Positions 1 to 11,253 of a stretch of DNA of 64,000 nt are shown here, in pieces. Origin of the DNA: Oopsacas minuta (Eukaryota; Animalia; Porifera); assembly GCA_024704765.1 (NCBI GenBank), contig JAKMXF010000320.1, positions 62,001-126,000 on the forward strand. Direction: 5' to 3'. The notes under the pieces are model-generated. The model worked only from the letters and a program-made list of their open reading frames with translations, was not told where the DNA came from and searched no databases. Positions within the stretch are counted from its first letter, which is position 1. Every line of letters starts with the position of its first letter. The translations under genes were made by a program, and so were the position numbers.

Positions 1-1904
1 GAGTTGTTTGTTCTGCCCTTGATACTGTTACCAATAAACAGGTTGCTATAAAGAAATTGCCTGACCCTTTCAGTCGATTGGCCTCCGCTAAGCGTGCTCT
101 TCGAGAGATTAATATCCTGACACATTTCGAGCATGAGAATATTATTTGTGCTCGCGATTTTTTACGACTAACTGGACGTGACATTTATATAAAACTTGAT
201 CTAATGCAGACAGACCTCCAGCAGGTAATCAATACAAACCAACTCACTGATGAACATATCAAGTATTTCTCCTATCAGATGCTGAAAGCACTTAAGTATA
301 TCCACTCTGGTAACATAGTACATAGAGACCTGAAACCATCGAACATTTTAGTTGACGAGAACTGTAATATCAAGATTGGAGACTTCTCGCTAGCTCGTGA
401 CGTAAAATCCCAGCGACCAGACTTTGTTTGTTCTCGAGCAGATAATACCCTCACAGAATACGTAGCTACTCGATGGTATCGAGCTCCTGAACTCATGATG
501 AATGTAGGTCCTCACACATGTGCTCTAGATATCTGGTCGCTGGGGTGTATCATGGCTGAGCTGATCAACGGCAAGACCCTCTTCCCAGGGACCTCATATC
601 TGAATGAACTTCAGCTTATTCTCAGTGTGACAGGCACTCCAAAGAAACCTCTTCTGGAGAGAATGCGACAAGATAAAGTCAGAGAGTATATTCAGTCTCT
701 GCCGGAGCAGAAACGCACGCGACTTTCTTCTCTCTTTCCTTCAGCTCCTGGTGAGTGTGTAAGTTTGGTAGACAAAATGCTCCTTCTAGACCCAGAAGAG
801 AGGTGTACAGCCGAAACAGCTCTAAAGCACAGATACTTACGTGTACATCACAATCCGCTTGTGGAAGCTGTATGTTTAAAACATTTCAATTTCTCCTTTG
901 AGAAAGACTTTACCTCTCCTGAGTTGATCAAACAAGCTGCCCTAGAAGAGATTAGAGGTTTCTACATGCGTAAGAACAAGAAAGGAAATATAAATGATAC
1001 TCTCAAGATTCTCACAGAAGTACTTAATCAGAGAGATTTTTCTACTTCGCAGCCTCCTCCTGACAGGCGATTTAAACCAAAGCGAGACAACTCATGTAAT
1101 CGAGTACTCTCTCCCAACCCTTCTACCCACATACCCTCACCCGAAACAAAGAGACACAAAATTGAACCACATCTTCGAAATGTGAATAATGCCTCCTCTC
1201 AGACATCTCTCTACCTGACTAATCAATCCAACTCCCCCTACTATCCTGATGACGTCATCCAAATGCCTCAAAAGAACACAAGAACGATTGGCACTCAGAC
1301 ATCTCCCCAGCTGGAGCGACGCTACGATCCAATATATGAATCTGCTCCATCTAATTCATATTCCATGTCACCTGCACCTAATTACCCTCCTTATACGCAA
1401 GAAGTATCCCACTTGAACTCTCCTTTCCTCGATCAAACATATCCTGAATTCTTCCCTCCTGTAGACTACTATGAAGAGGTTCCTAACCATGAGTGGATTG
1501 ACATTCCATACCAGCCTAGTTCTTGTAACCAAGGTTACGCTATTGGGTATGAGATATCTCCTTCTATCAACTCTTATATCCCTAGTAATAATAACTCTTC
1601 CTATTTTTTTGAGCCGAAGCTTCCTGACTTCCCTGTGCCTCCTCTTACTAACGTATCTTCTGAACACAGTTCTGACTGTGATCCCACCACTGGACAACCA
1701 GACATACTCTCTATGCCTCCTCCTACTCCGCCTCAATTCCAGATGGGACTACAACCTGTCCCTGTCCACATCCCTAAAGACACCTCAAACTCCCTTTTGA
1801 CTCATTGGCTTAACAGCGACCTTGCTTACCCACAAGATTTGCCAGATTTAGAGGATTGCTGTTATGACGTCATAAATGACTTATTCGCTGATATATTTCC
1901 ATAG
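1..1904 (+). CDS. MAPK7: Mitogen-activated protein kinase, ERK5/MAPK7-like; 5' end lies upstream of the window; no intron in the visible part
   Basis: Frame is open from base 3 (VVCSALDTVTNKQVAIKKLPDPF), so the TTG start at 57 in the ORF track is not the true start. Has VAIKK, HRDLKPSN, TEY activation motif (TLTEYVATRWYRAPE), a long Pro/Ser-rich tail and C-terminal SLLTHWL...DLPDLED resembling the ERK5 tail. Confidence 0.88.
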   Translation, partial: VVCSALDTVTNKQVAIKKLPDPFSRLASAKRALREINILTHFEHENIICARDFLRLTGRDIYIKLDLMQTDLQQVINTNQLTDEHIKYFSYQMLKALKYIHSGNIVHRDLKPSNILVDENCNIKIGDFSLARDVKSQRPDFVCSRADNTLTEYVATRWYRAPELMMNVGPHTCALDIWSLGCIMAELINGKTLFPGTSYLNELQLILSVTGTPKKPLLERMRQDKVREYIQSLPEQKRTRLSSLFPSAPGECVSLVDKMLLLDPEERCTAETALKHRYLRVHHNPLVEAVCLKHFNFSFEKDFTSPELIKQAALEEIRGFYMRKNKKGNINDTLKILTEVLNQRDFSTSQPPPDRRFKPKRDNSCNRVLSPNPSTHIPSPETKRHKIEPHLRNVNNASSQTSLYLTNQSNSPYYPDDVIQMPQKNTRTIGTQTSPQLERRYDPIYESAPSNSYSMSPAPNYPPYTQEVSHLNSPFLDQTYPEFFPPVDYYEEVPNHEWIDIPYQPSSCNQGYAIGYEISPSINSYIPSNNNSSYFFEPKLPDFPVPPLTNVSSEHSSDCDPTTGQPDILSMPPPTPPQFQMGLQPVPVHIPKDTSNSLLTHWLNSDLAYPQDLPDLEDCCYDVINDLFADIFP

Positions 1905-2871
1905 AAATGAATTCGTGTCTCACTCAATACTATTACATTAGATGTATACTTTTCTAATTCACTATTTCATAATTGTGTGTATTGTACAGTTTTACAACAG
2001 ATTTATTTGGTTTGCTATTCTTCCATCACATAGTTTCTGAGTCAAGCGGATGTAGTAGTCTATTAGTCATGTAGGACAATATGCACATGTCTGACCCATA
2101 GGGCGCGACGCTGGATGTTATCCGGGGGAGACCTTAAATTGGATAATTTGACAAGATTCAAACCATCTCGTGTATTTTCCTATGCCCACTTCCATGCCCC
2201 GGCCCTATTTGAGCTGGTACCGCAGGTTATCAAGTGAATTAGCAAACGAGGCGCGTTATCAAGTAGTTAATAATATAGTTAGAGGCCTTAATTTCCGAAC
2301 ATTCGTGTTTAGTGCAGCCCTATAGGAGTGACCTATTAGCATTGTTCCCTACAGGTTGAACCAATATCGATATCGAGAAAAACCTCAGGTATCGATACGA
2401 TATATCCTGAAAATGTTCGATATCGATAAATATCGCGAAATTTGTATATAATTTCGATGTCAATCGCATTCTTGACAATTTCGAGAGTCGAGTAATACTC
2501 GAGCTAAATTAAAAGTTCTAAGACAAGAGAAAAATATCGGGGAATTTTCCAATATTTTCGATGTTTTTTCCAACCCGAAATATTGATGTCAATCCTTTTC
2601 CCCTCCAAGCCATTTTATAGACCAGCGGATGGTCAACAGTCAACACTATTGCTTAGTTTGCGGTAGCTGGTGTGCAAGTTTACTAACTACCTTAATGTGT
2701 TTTCTGCATTAGAAAGTGGCCCTTGAATACTCGAAATTGATTTGAACACTGGCAAAGTTATAAGTGCCGTTCATTAGAAGCGATTTATAATAACCATTAA
2801 TGACGAGTCACTATTATCAAATGTGCCCGTCAGTCATTGATATTTTGTTCCTAGTTGTATAATACGCGTAT

Positions 2872-3307
2872 TAGAGATGCACCGGATATCCGGTTTCTAT
2901 CCAGTATCCGGCCAATTTTATTGATTCGTCGGATATCCCGTCCGGCCGGATAATACTATATATAGACAAAATGCATGATTTGATGTAATCTACTTACAAT
3001 AACTCAAATGTCTAGTCCTAGATATACTGTGCTATAACAAACCTATTGAGACACTAATAATGGAAATCTAATAATCTTACATTTTTCTGAATAAAGAGGA
3101 GATGCTCTCCATTTTCAGGTAACAATCTGTTCCGTCTTTCTTCAAATACAATTCCAGCACTACTAAATAATCTTTCATTATATACTGAGCTAGGTGGAGT
3201 ACCCAAATATTAACAAAAGTATCCGGTATCCAGCTGGCTAACCGGAAAATTAGAAGCCGGATAGCTTATCCGGCGGATGGGAAATTTTCATATCCGGTGC
3301 ATCTCTA
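2872..3307. mobile_element. hAT-type MITE (436 bp)
   Basis: TIR TAGAGATGCACCGGATAT / ATATCCGGTGCATCTCTA; perfect 8-bp TSD ACGCGTAT at 2864-2871 and 3308-3315; subterminal ATCCGG repeats. Confidence 0.9.
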
Positions 3308-4399
3308 ACGCGTATAACGTATAATACGTTATACGTGATCTATTTGAACGTATTATACGTCTAGGTTAACAACGAAATATGAGATTTTGACATTGTTAGA
3401 CTTGTATAAGTCACATTATTAATCATTGAGTTTAAAATATATGATTTGTATCTAGAAGGCATGGACAAACTTATATCTACTGTATTTTAGTATACTTATC
3501 AATTCAATGACAGCAATTAGGGAGATTACCAATTGAGGTTGTTGGGTTGGGGGTAAATGTTAAACATCAGAAGTTATTTATTTGCGCTTGTTTTGGTGCC
3601 CACGTATACAATTCCACCGGGTTGTACCATTAACTGAATATTGTCGGGAAAACTCCGACCGTAATAGGTTGAGTAATTTCCCATATTCAGTAATTGCCAA
3701 CTTAACACACTGCAGTGTATGTCATTCAAAATAGCTCGATGAAAGAAAATAGTAATATGTATTCATTGGTAATGAATTATTTAATTGATAAAATATGATA
3801 TTTATAATTTTAAAAGAGTTAAAGGAAGGCAGTGAGAGCTTGTTAAGTAGTCTCAATCAGTTCATCATATATAGGACATTAGTCGATCACCAATTTAAAT
3901 ATGCTTGGTAGATGAACAAAATTTGGATAAATATAGGCTAAATTTGGGATTAATATGGTCAAATCAATTCTATTTACTTGTGATTGTTATCAACATTGAT
4001 TCACGGAAGACACTAAACGATCCGAAAATTTCAAAGTTCGCACTTTGGATGGATATTACTAAACAATAGAGTAGTTAACTTGCTTTGGGGGACTCTGCTA
4101 CCGAAAAAATAGAAAACTGCTGTTTCTTCGTAACATTATTAGAAAACTCCGGATAATTGGGAACTCCACTTAATCGGGACAAAGAGGGCTGGAACCGATG
4201 TGTCCCGATTAAGCGGAGTTGACTGTCAATAAATATATAGCTTAATTGTGTTTAATATTATATTGTAGATGAATAATGATTGTATTAGCTCAGATTTATA
4301 ACTCTGTAATTGCAATTAATAATTAATTGGAGAGTAATTATAATATTTATTAATTAAATTTCGGAAATTTTGCCATTTGTAATTGTAATTGAAAATATA

Positions 4400-5330
4400 A
4401 TAAATAAAGAAGAGAGTTTATTGATAGAGCTAATGGAATTACCCGCTTCTTCTGGCTTGTCCATCTTTCCAGCACTTTATCTAAATCGAGTTTATTTACG
4501 ATATCCCTGTTCAGAGAAAGTCTCATCATGTCACTAGCTCTAGTGCTATTAAGACTAGATCTAGCCCAACTCAGTATTCCATTCATAGCACTGAAGTTTC
4601 TTTAAACTGTAGCAGTGCTAATAGGAATGGTTTTTCATATCAGAATTAACTTCTTTAGTTGAGGATAAACATTTGGCCAAGTGGATAGCTATCTTTTAGG
4701 ACAAGAAGAGCTCTTTCGCACTCATTTTCAAGAGTATAAAATCAAAACTGAATCAATCTTCGAAGTGAGACGCGGTACAATAATTGGGGGATATCTAAAT
4801 ACGCTTGCTTGGATGCATCTAAGGAATCTAATGAAGATAAAAGTTGTACGATATTTTTAGAAACGGCGATCAAATTCTTTTATGATATTTCCTGATTTTC
4901 TTTTAACTCCTGGCAAAATAACTGATATTACATCTTAGTGCATACAAAGGTTCTTCATAATTATAGTAATCCCAACCTCCAAGTATATGATACTTGCTCT
5001 TTCGATGATTTCTCCAGTATTCATGCTTTCTAATTGTTCTCTTATTGCATGAATCTCGGAAAGAATAATATTCCATTTTATGTTATTCTAATACATAAAT
5101 TCAGACTTTGAATTTTATCAAGGACTTCTTGTAAAAATACGAGAGAGATAATGAATTTACTAGAAAAATATTTATGGTAGAGGCCAACTGCCACTTCTGT
5201 ATAACTGGAATTGGTTGTAGATGCTGTTGTGATGAAATTCCTTTCAGTTTGCGATAAGCCATATCTATACTTGTGAACTTCCAGCAGAGACAATAGGTTT
5301 ATGGGAGTGGTATCAAAACCTAGCATTTTA
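4400..5330 (-). pseudogene. Degraded hAT transposase C-terminal half (dimerisation domain)
   Basis: Minus-strand translation YPQLKKLILI*KTIPISTATV*RNFSAMNGILSWARSSL...LDLDKVLERW matches the hAT P.STA..ER.FS motif, with the Glu replaced by TAA at 4602-4604. Upstream fragment KFIISLVFLQEVLDKIQSLN. Boundaries approximate. Confidence 0.7.
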
Positions 5331-5661
5331 GGGGTCTAAAACTAGTACTAGATTAGCCTCTATTTTGCTAGGTGATTACAGCTATTATGCTAGATAACTG
5401 CAGCAAATAAAATAAGTACATTTATCTAGTATCGTGTTTTGCAATTACCTAGTTACAATTCTACACTAGATAAAAGCCCCTAATTTGGGTGGATATATAT
5501 AGTACTAGAAATTAGTTAATAGTTTCTTATGATATAATTAAATTGCAGAAGATTGAGAGTGATTCAAAACGTTTGCTTGACGTCCATTCTGCATGCGCTG
5601 CCTATATTTACATTAAGCTTGACCCACACATGGTTAGCCAGATTATTGAAAACCTATGAAT

Positions 5662-6079
5662 CAGACCTGCAGCTGTCCGGTGATTTTACGAACCAAACCA
5701 CCATTGAGTTATTCTAAACCGTCCGGACCGGTCCAAACCGCATTTTGAACATCTTGGGCCGGTCCGGGCGATAACCAGTCCAGACCGAAAGACCGGTCCA
5801 CCTATTATGATACTGATCTAGATGATAAATGATTAAGAAATTTTACATTGTAGAGTGGTTAATTGAATCCACTTGTGTATATCCATTTCTAAATTTAGGT
5901 AACATGTGTATGTGCTTGTAATAGGCATGTAGCAGTTCGGAAATTTCGGTGACCGGTCAAGGCCGAGACCGATGGGCGGTCCGGGTCGTTAGATCCAATT
6001 TTCGGACATACCTCACTGAAAAACGCGGACTGAACTGAAACCGGTCGGTCCGGTCCAGGGATGGACTGCTGCGTATCTG
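5662..6079. mobile_element. hAT-type MITE (418 bp) with GACCG/CCGGT subterminal arrays
   Basis: Imperfect TIR (left CAGACCTGCAGCTGTCC; right end reverse-complemented CAGATACGCAGCAGTCC); perfect 8-bp TSD CTATGAAT at 5654-5661 and 6080-6087. Confidence 0.85.
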
Positions 6080-6437
6080 CTATGAATGAACCAGTTGTAA
6101 TTCGTAATTAAGTATGATACGAATGATTAATAATAAGAAGTAACGATGGTATTCGAAGCTACAAATATCATTAGAAGCATAGATATCAAAATAGGTGGCT
6201 ATGTGATAGTCTAATGTGTAGGAATAATGCATTATGTTAGAAGGAGTTAAAATCTAGCCTAAAGCTAGGTTTTAACCTCTAAAAGAGGTGTTTTACCTAG
6301 CAAGCTAACTTGGTAAAAGACATAAAATACTAGATTTTGACACTTATCCCTAGGTTTATTAGGATAGACCTCCTTTTGTGTTTCTTCTAAGATTTCTCCA
6401 TTTTGGCAACATTAAACATATTGTAAAGTGACTGGTA

Positions 6438-6735
6438 AGGGTCCGGATGGATTACGGATTTGCTGTCTAACGGATTGCGAATCCATCAAATCCGTAATGT
6501 ACGGATTTGGAAAATTCTCCCATCCCAAACTCGGTAATTTATGATTTTTCACTCATTTGGGTCTAAAATGTGCATTCATATGCAAATTCATACAGAATTG
6601 TAAACATAAGGATTCTTTGAAATCTCTATGGATTTTGGAATCATCTATGGGTTATGGATTGGGCATTGAACGGAAATTCTGGGTGAGATGGATTATAGAC
6701 TAGATTTGATATGAATTTCCATCAATCCTGACCCT
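6438..6735. mobile_element. Probable degraded MITE with CGGATT/AATCC subterminal repeats
   Basis: Ends AGGGTCCGGAT / ATCCTGACCCT are imperfectly inverted; flanks share CTGGT; TSD length ambiguous. Confidence 0.4.
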
Positions 6736-6992
6736 CTGGTCGCACTCGCACCACATTCCCCTATTTCATCTGCCAAAGCTGCCCACGCAACTGGTTTCAC
6801 TTTTGAAACTAGTCTGGTTCCATTTCCTGAAAAGTAGGCTGGAAAAACAGTGATAACATCTCTTCTTTTCAAGAAATGGGACCAGGCTATAGAATGATCG
6901 TGAGTACCAAGTTAGAGGTGGTAGATCATTAAATGACAATCCAACGCCATGTACAATTTCACGAATTATATTCATCGCTAAATATTATAAAA

Positions 6993-7549
6993 CGAGCAGC
7001 TTCGCTAGTTCGCGCTGCGGGGCTTACGAACACTTTGCGTTCGCATGGTCTCGGAACTTAGTGCCTCGAGTTTGCCGAAGTATAAAATTGCAAAATTGGA
7101 TTAATAAATTAATATTTCAACAATTTGTTTACTTTATATTCATAAAAACAACAAGAATTTACATAAGAGAAACTTGTATATGCAAAATTCGGATTCAGCA
7201 TCCTTTGATTTATAGCCGTTAAGAGCAAGCCTCCACGTATATCTTAAGATTACCCCTATTTGTCTGTAGAGAGCAAGTATCTAAGTATATATCGACATTT
7301 CAACTATTGTTTACTTTAAATTCATAAAAACAACAATAAATTTACATGTGATTAATTCGAAAGTGTAAAAATCGGAATCAGCATACTCGATTACCCCAAT
7401 GTAATTGTGTACTTTTCCTATACCGTCAACAGAAGGATATGTTATTCTCTTTATTATATACGCAGATAATCTTCCTCTATCATGATAATACAGAGTGGAC
7501 AAACAAACAAACATCCAACAATAATTGGATTTTAATAATATATATATAG
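6993..7549 (-). mobile_element. Non-autonomous Helitron-like element, variant 3' end
   Basis: Minus-strand 5' end (TA)n-TTATTAAAATCCAATT-(TTTG)n, two internal GCTGAATCCGA-type modules, GC-rich hairpin end finishing GCTCG followed by T. Confidence 0.6.
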
Positions 7550-7700
7550 CTATTGAGAATAACAGACATAGGTTTCAAGATAAAAAACAGGAAAAATATC
7601 AGAAAAGAACGAAATACGACGACTGATTCTAAGGGTACCCGATTCGAACTAAAGTAATTCTTCATAAAACCAAAACGAAGATGCAAGTCATGCGTACTAA

Positions 7701-9344
7701 CTAAGAACACATTTTAGTGGCACACAAGCAAGAGGCTCCAACCTTTATATCAGCTAATACGCTTGCTTTCTGATACTTCTCATAGACAGATTGAGCTTCA
7801 TCCAACTTGTTCTGTGCTTTCAATGATTGATGGAGACCCAATAATGACCACATGTTATCCTTGTACTGAATCAAATCTTCTCGATACACGGCTTCAGCTT
7901 CTTGAACGTCTCCATGTTCTAGCAATAGTGCACCCAGCACGTGTCTTGAAGGTATCATCCAAGACCAAGGTTCACCATAAACTAAGCTTGTATCACGTTT
8001 GACAGCAAGACGGAGATGGTCAAATGCTTGTTGATAATTCCCTTTCCGATATTCAATTTCACCATTTAATACGGAATCTGCAACATCCAAAATACATTTA
8101 CCAGGAGTTTCAGGATTATACATATATGAATTCAGGATTCGCCTCTTTGCCAGTGTTTTATCCTTCAGGGATTCATAGAATAAATCACGTTCCACTTCAG
8201 CTTCTGCTACTTTACCTAACGCAGCGTATGCAACACCTCGAGCATATCGTGCCATAGCAATATTGCTAGGATACAATTCTTTGTTTTGTTCAATTGGCCG
8301 TTTCAGAATGTCTTCCCATTTACCAAACCGAATCAAAACTTCCCAAATAATAACTCTCGTTGGTTCCAAAAAGATTAATCCTAAAGGCATATCTCCTAGC
8401 ATAGCAGTGACTCCTTCTAAATTCGAGTATTCTTGTAATTCTTCTGCGAACTCTAAAGATTTCCCCAATTGTCCATTAAACATTGCAGCCCAAATAACAA
8501 AATGAAAGTTGTGCATTCTATACATTTTGTAAAAGTTGTTCTCCACTTTGCTAGTTAGCATGTATCTCTTATCAGCTAGAATTGCTAGTTCATTCACTTC
8601 AGTAGCTTCTTTGTAGTGTCCTACCCACATGTCGATATGACTAGCCATGTGAAGCAAGTGTCCATGATCCTTTATAGTCTCGCGCAAAGCGTCCGCACAT
8701 GGTAACGCTTTCTCAGGTGTAGCAGAGAGTTCCATTGTGTGAATGTAGAAATGACACAAACCTGGATGCTGTGGAGATTGCTTAAGGGCATTTTCAAGCA
8801 CTTTCACTAACTCTCCTGTCTCTGGGATTCCTTCCTTGTATTCAGGATACGGAGTCCATAACTTCCAAGGAGCTAAATTCATTAATGATTCTGCAAACAA
8901 GGCTGCAACTACCACATTATTCTCTCCGAATTTACTATACACACTACGCATTGCATTAGCATAATTCTTATTCAATGTGCCTAATGGTACAGAACCTACT
9001 GGGGAACAGAATCTAAGGACTTGTGCCTCGATTAGTCCTTTTTCCCAATCAGTCAAGGTAATTCTCTTTGCAAGAGAGGATGCTATCTCTGCTTCTTCAT
9101 ATCCTTCCCTATAATCCATGCCATCTGGATTATTGTAGTGGCCTGCATTACTATATGCAATTAGATAATGTGCCATAATACAGTCCTTATCAATAGTGAG
9201 GGCTTTCTTACAATCGAGTATAGTTTGATCATGATTGAAATTGAATAACTGGAGTAATGCATCGTTGATCAACTGCAAACATTCACTAGAAGAGCATGTT
9301 ACTTGTACTTTCTCCATAATTCCTTTTGAACATTGTTCTGCCAT
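7701..9344 (-). CDS. TPR-like alpha-helical protein of bacterial/fungal type, copy A (547 aa, intronless)
   Basis: Uninterrupted ORF; first ATG at 9344 (the track start at 9353 is GTG). TPR-like helices (AFDHLRLAVKRD, LGALLLEHGDVQEAEAVY); motifs HPGLCHFYIH, HGHLLHMASHID, YGEPWSW. 516 of 533 aligned residues identical to copy B. Confidence 0.85.
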   Translation of the reverse strand: MAEQCSKGIMEKVQVTCSSSECLQLINDALLQLFNFNHDQTILDCKKALTIDKDCIMAHYLIAYSNAGHYNNPDGMDYREGYEEAEIASSLAKRITLTDWEKGLIEAQVLRFCSPVGSVPLGTLNKNYANAMRSVYSKFGENNVVVAALFAESLMNLAPWKLWTPYPEYKEGIPETGELVKVLENALKQSPQHPGLCHFYIHTMELSATPEKALPCADALRETIKDHGHLLHMASHIDMWVGHYKEATEVNELAILADKRYMLTSKVENNFYKMYRMHNFHFVIWAAMFNGQLGKSLEFAEELQEYSNLEGVTAMLGDMPLGLIFLEPTRVIIWEVLIRFGKWEDILKRPIEQNKELYPSNIAMARYARGVAYAALGKVAEAEVERDLFYESLKDKTLAKRRILNSYMYNPETPGKCILDVADSVLNGEIEYRKGNYQQAFDHLRLAVKRDTSLVYGEPWSWMIPSRHVLGALLLEHGDVQEAEAVYREDLIQYKDNMWSLLGLHQSLKAQNKLDEAQSVYEKYQKASVLADIKVGASCLCATKMCS

Positions 9345-9726
9345 TTTGTTCACAATTTAGCTGCTGAGACTAAAATATCTACTCTATGTATACGATATGT
9401 TATGAATCAGCTTCTATTCTAATCACGTATTATTATTGTAGTATTGTTCTACTGTAATTAAGGGCTGTTAACTATATGTTTACCACGCTAAATTTTTGTA
9501 TACGAGTTCCCCGCCGGCTGCACATCACAAATCCCAAAAATATTACTGTGAATATTATGAATTTCAAATTTGTATCCACATTTTTCCGAAAGGACAATTG
9601 TACTTAACCAATTTTTCACCTTTCAAAGACGTCTCCAATTTGTAGACATTTAGCGATTACAGAACAAATCTTAACTAAATACTAAATGTGATTGAAACTA
9701 ATATGTAAACAAAATTAATAAAACTA

Positions 9727-10139
9727 CAGTGCAACCTCTATAAGTGAGGAGTGGGGATGGAGGATACTTTAGAGATAATTATGCCTCACGCCATTGATAT
9801 TTACCTCCATAAGTGGTGAACTATACGGAAAAATTTCGTGAATAATCAATTTTTGTGCTAAATTTAGCAATAAATATGTATTTATAGCTTTGATGATTGA
9901 AATCTTTGGGTTTCTTTGAAGAAAATTTCGCACAAATTTGTATATTCAACCAACAACCTTAGGGCATTTATAATAATAATAAAATATCATTGAAAAAATA
10001 GTCATTGGAGGATGTGGCCTTACATATTGACTCAAAATCTCTGTTTAAAGGGCATTTCCATTTGAAATTATAAATGGCGAATGGGGGGTTATCAGGAGAT
10101 TCGCCGTCCCGACGTCTTCCACTTACAGAGGTTCTACTG
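9727..10139. mobile_element. pogo/Tigger-type MITE (413 bp)
   Basis: TIR CAGTGCAACCTCTATAAGT / ACTTACAGAGGTTCTACTG with TA on both sides; a second partial copy lies at about 48960-49254. Confidence 0.85.
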
Positions 10140-10474
10140 TATTAGTATATTCTCTTATATGGATATAGTTGTAGCGCGTATGATTATGAAGTTACAGCTG
10201 TTATTAATTTGAAATAACAAATTGGAAGATAGAAAAGAGTAATACATGTATTTAGAGTCATTTTAGTATTTATAATATATTGATTATATTATTAGTGACT
10301 AGTGGAATGTACATACAATGAAATTGAATCTCTTTGATTGCCAATTAGGTATAGTGTATGATTACATTATAATAAAATATGGTTGTCTCTTACGCTAAAA
10401 ATGGTCCCAGACCAATTTCTTCGTGACAGTCCCAATAGAAACATATATCACCTTGTTCGTTGTGAAGGAAGTAT

Positions 10475-10630
10475 TAGTGGAAACTGCATAAACCGACGCC
10501 TGTATAATCCGACAGTGTTTCTGATCTAAATAGCTTCTGCCAATACAAATTCACCTGCATAATCCGACTATTTGTTAAACCGACAAAAATTTTCATGCCC
10601 CAACGAGAGTCGGTTTTGCCGGTCCCACTG
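10475..10630. mobile_element. Short pogo/Tc1-type MITE
   Basis: Ends AGTGGAAACTGCATAAACCGAC / GTCGGTTTTGCCGGTCCCACTG-TA; homologous over its length to 30625-30775. Confidence 0.7.
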
Positions 10631-11167
10631 TACGTAATTATAATCAAATATAACTTGCCTGATTATAAATCGAATGTTGCGAATCCGAATTTCACACTTT
10701 TGAATGTAAATTATTGTTGTTTTAATTAATAAAAGTTAACAAATAAATGAAGTCTCAAATATATGCTCTCAACGGTCTATTAGCAAATCGTATTTTACAA
10801 GAATTTCCTTGCTAGTTTCCTATTATGCACGCTAATCACGATACAAGTATGCACTCTCTGTCTTGAAAAAAGTTGCAATAGGCGGTTTCCAAAGTATAGT
10901 TTATAGTAGAAGGTCAACATGGGTGATCAAGAATGCTGAATCTGAATGTCGCATTTTCAAGTTATCATCTGTAAAATTAACTAGAAACTATATAAATAGA
11001 GCATATGGATCAAACTTTCATTGGAACCGGGTGGTCTCTGAATTCCTCCCATCCCACCGACAAAGTTAGGCACTAATCCAAGGTAGAGTTCCAACCCTCA
11101 CTCCTAATCGTGTAGTAAATACACACGTAGGGACTTGAGTGTACTTCCGCACTCGACTTTCATTAGA

Positions 11168-11253
11168 CAGTAGAACTCGGATAAGACGTACCCCCTGGGG
11201 AAACAAAAATTAGTTCGTCATAACCGAATATAGGTCTTATCCGAGTTCTACTG
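11168..11253. mobile_element. 86-bp pogo-type MITE
   Basis: Perfect 20-bp TIR CAGTAGAACTCGGATAAGAC / GTCTTATCCGAGTTCTACTG; TA on the right, GA on the left. A degraded relative lies near 50518-50668. Confidence 0.8.

Noticed and set aside
275-1800. Short ORFs overlapping MAPK7 (275-496, 994-1185, 1368-1736, 1471-1800)
   Set aside because: Antisense or off-frame shadows of a real CDS; no recognisable domains.
2344-2640. ATATCG-rich segment resembling a MITE (similar stretch near 50297-50400)
   Set aside because: Likely an old hAT MITE, but no matching TIR pair or TSD could be fixed.
5662-6079. Short GACCG/CCGGT repeats considered as a CRISPR-like array
   Set aside because: No constant-length repeats with unique spacers; they lie inside a TSD-flanked MITE in a eukaryotic genome.
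7763-8505. Plus-strand ORFs inside TPR copy A, and the mirror ORF 15086-15274 in copy B
   Set aside because: Antisense shadows; their similarity to each other only reflects the duplication.
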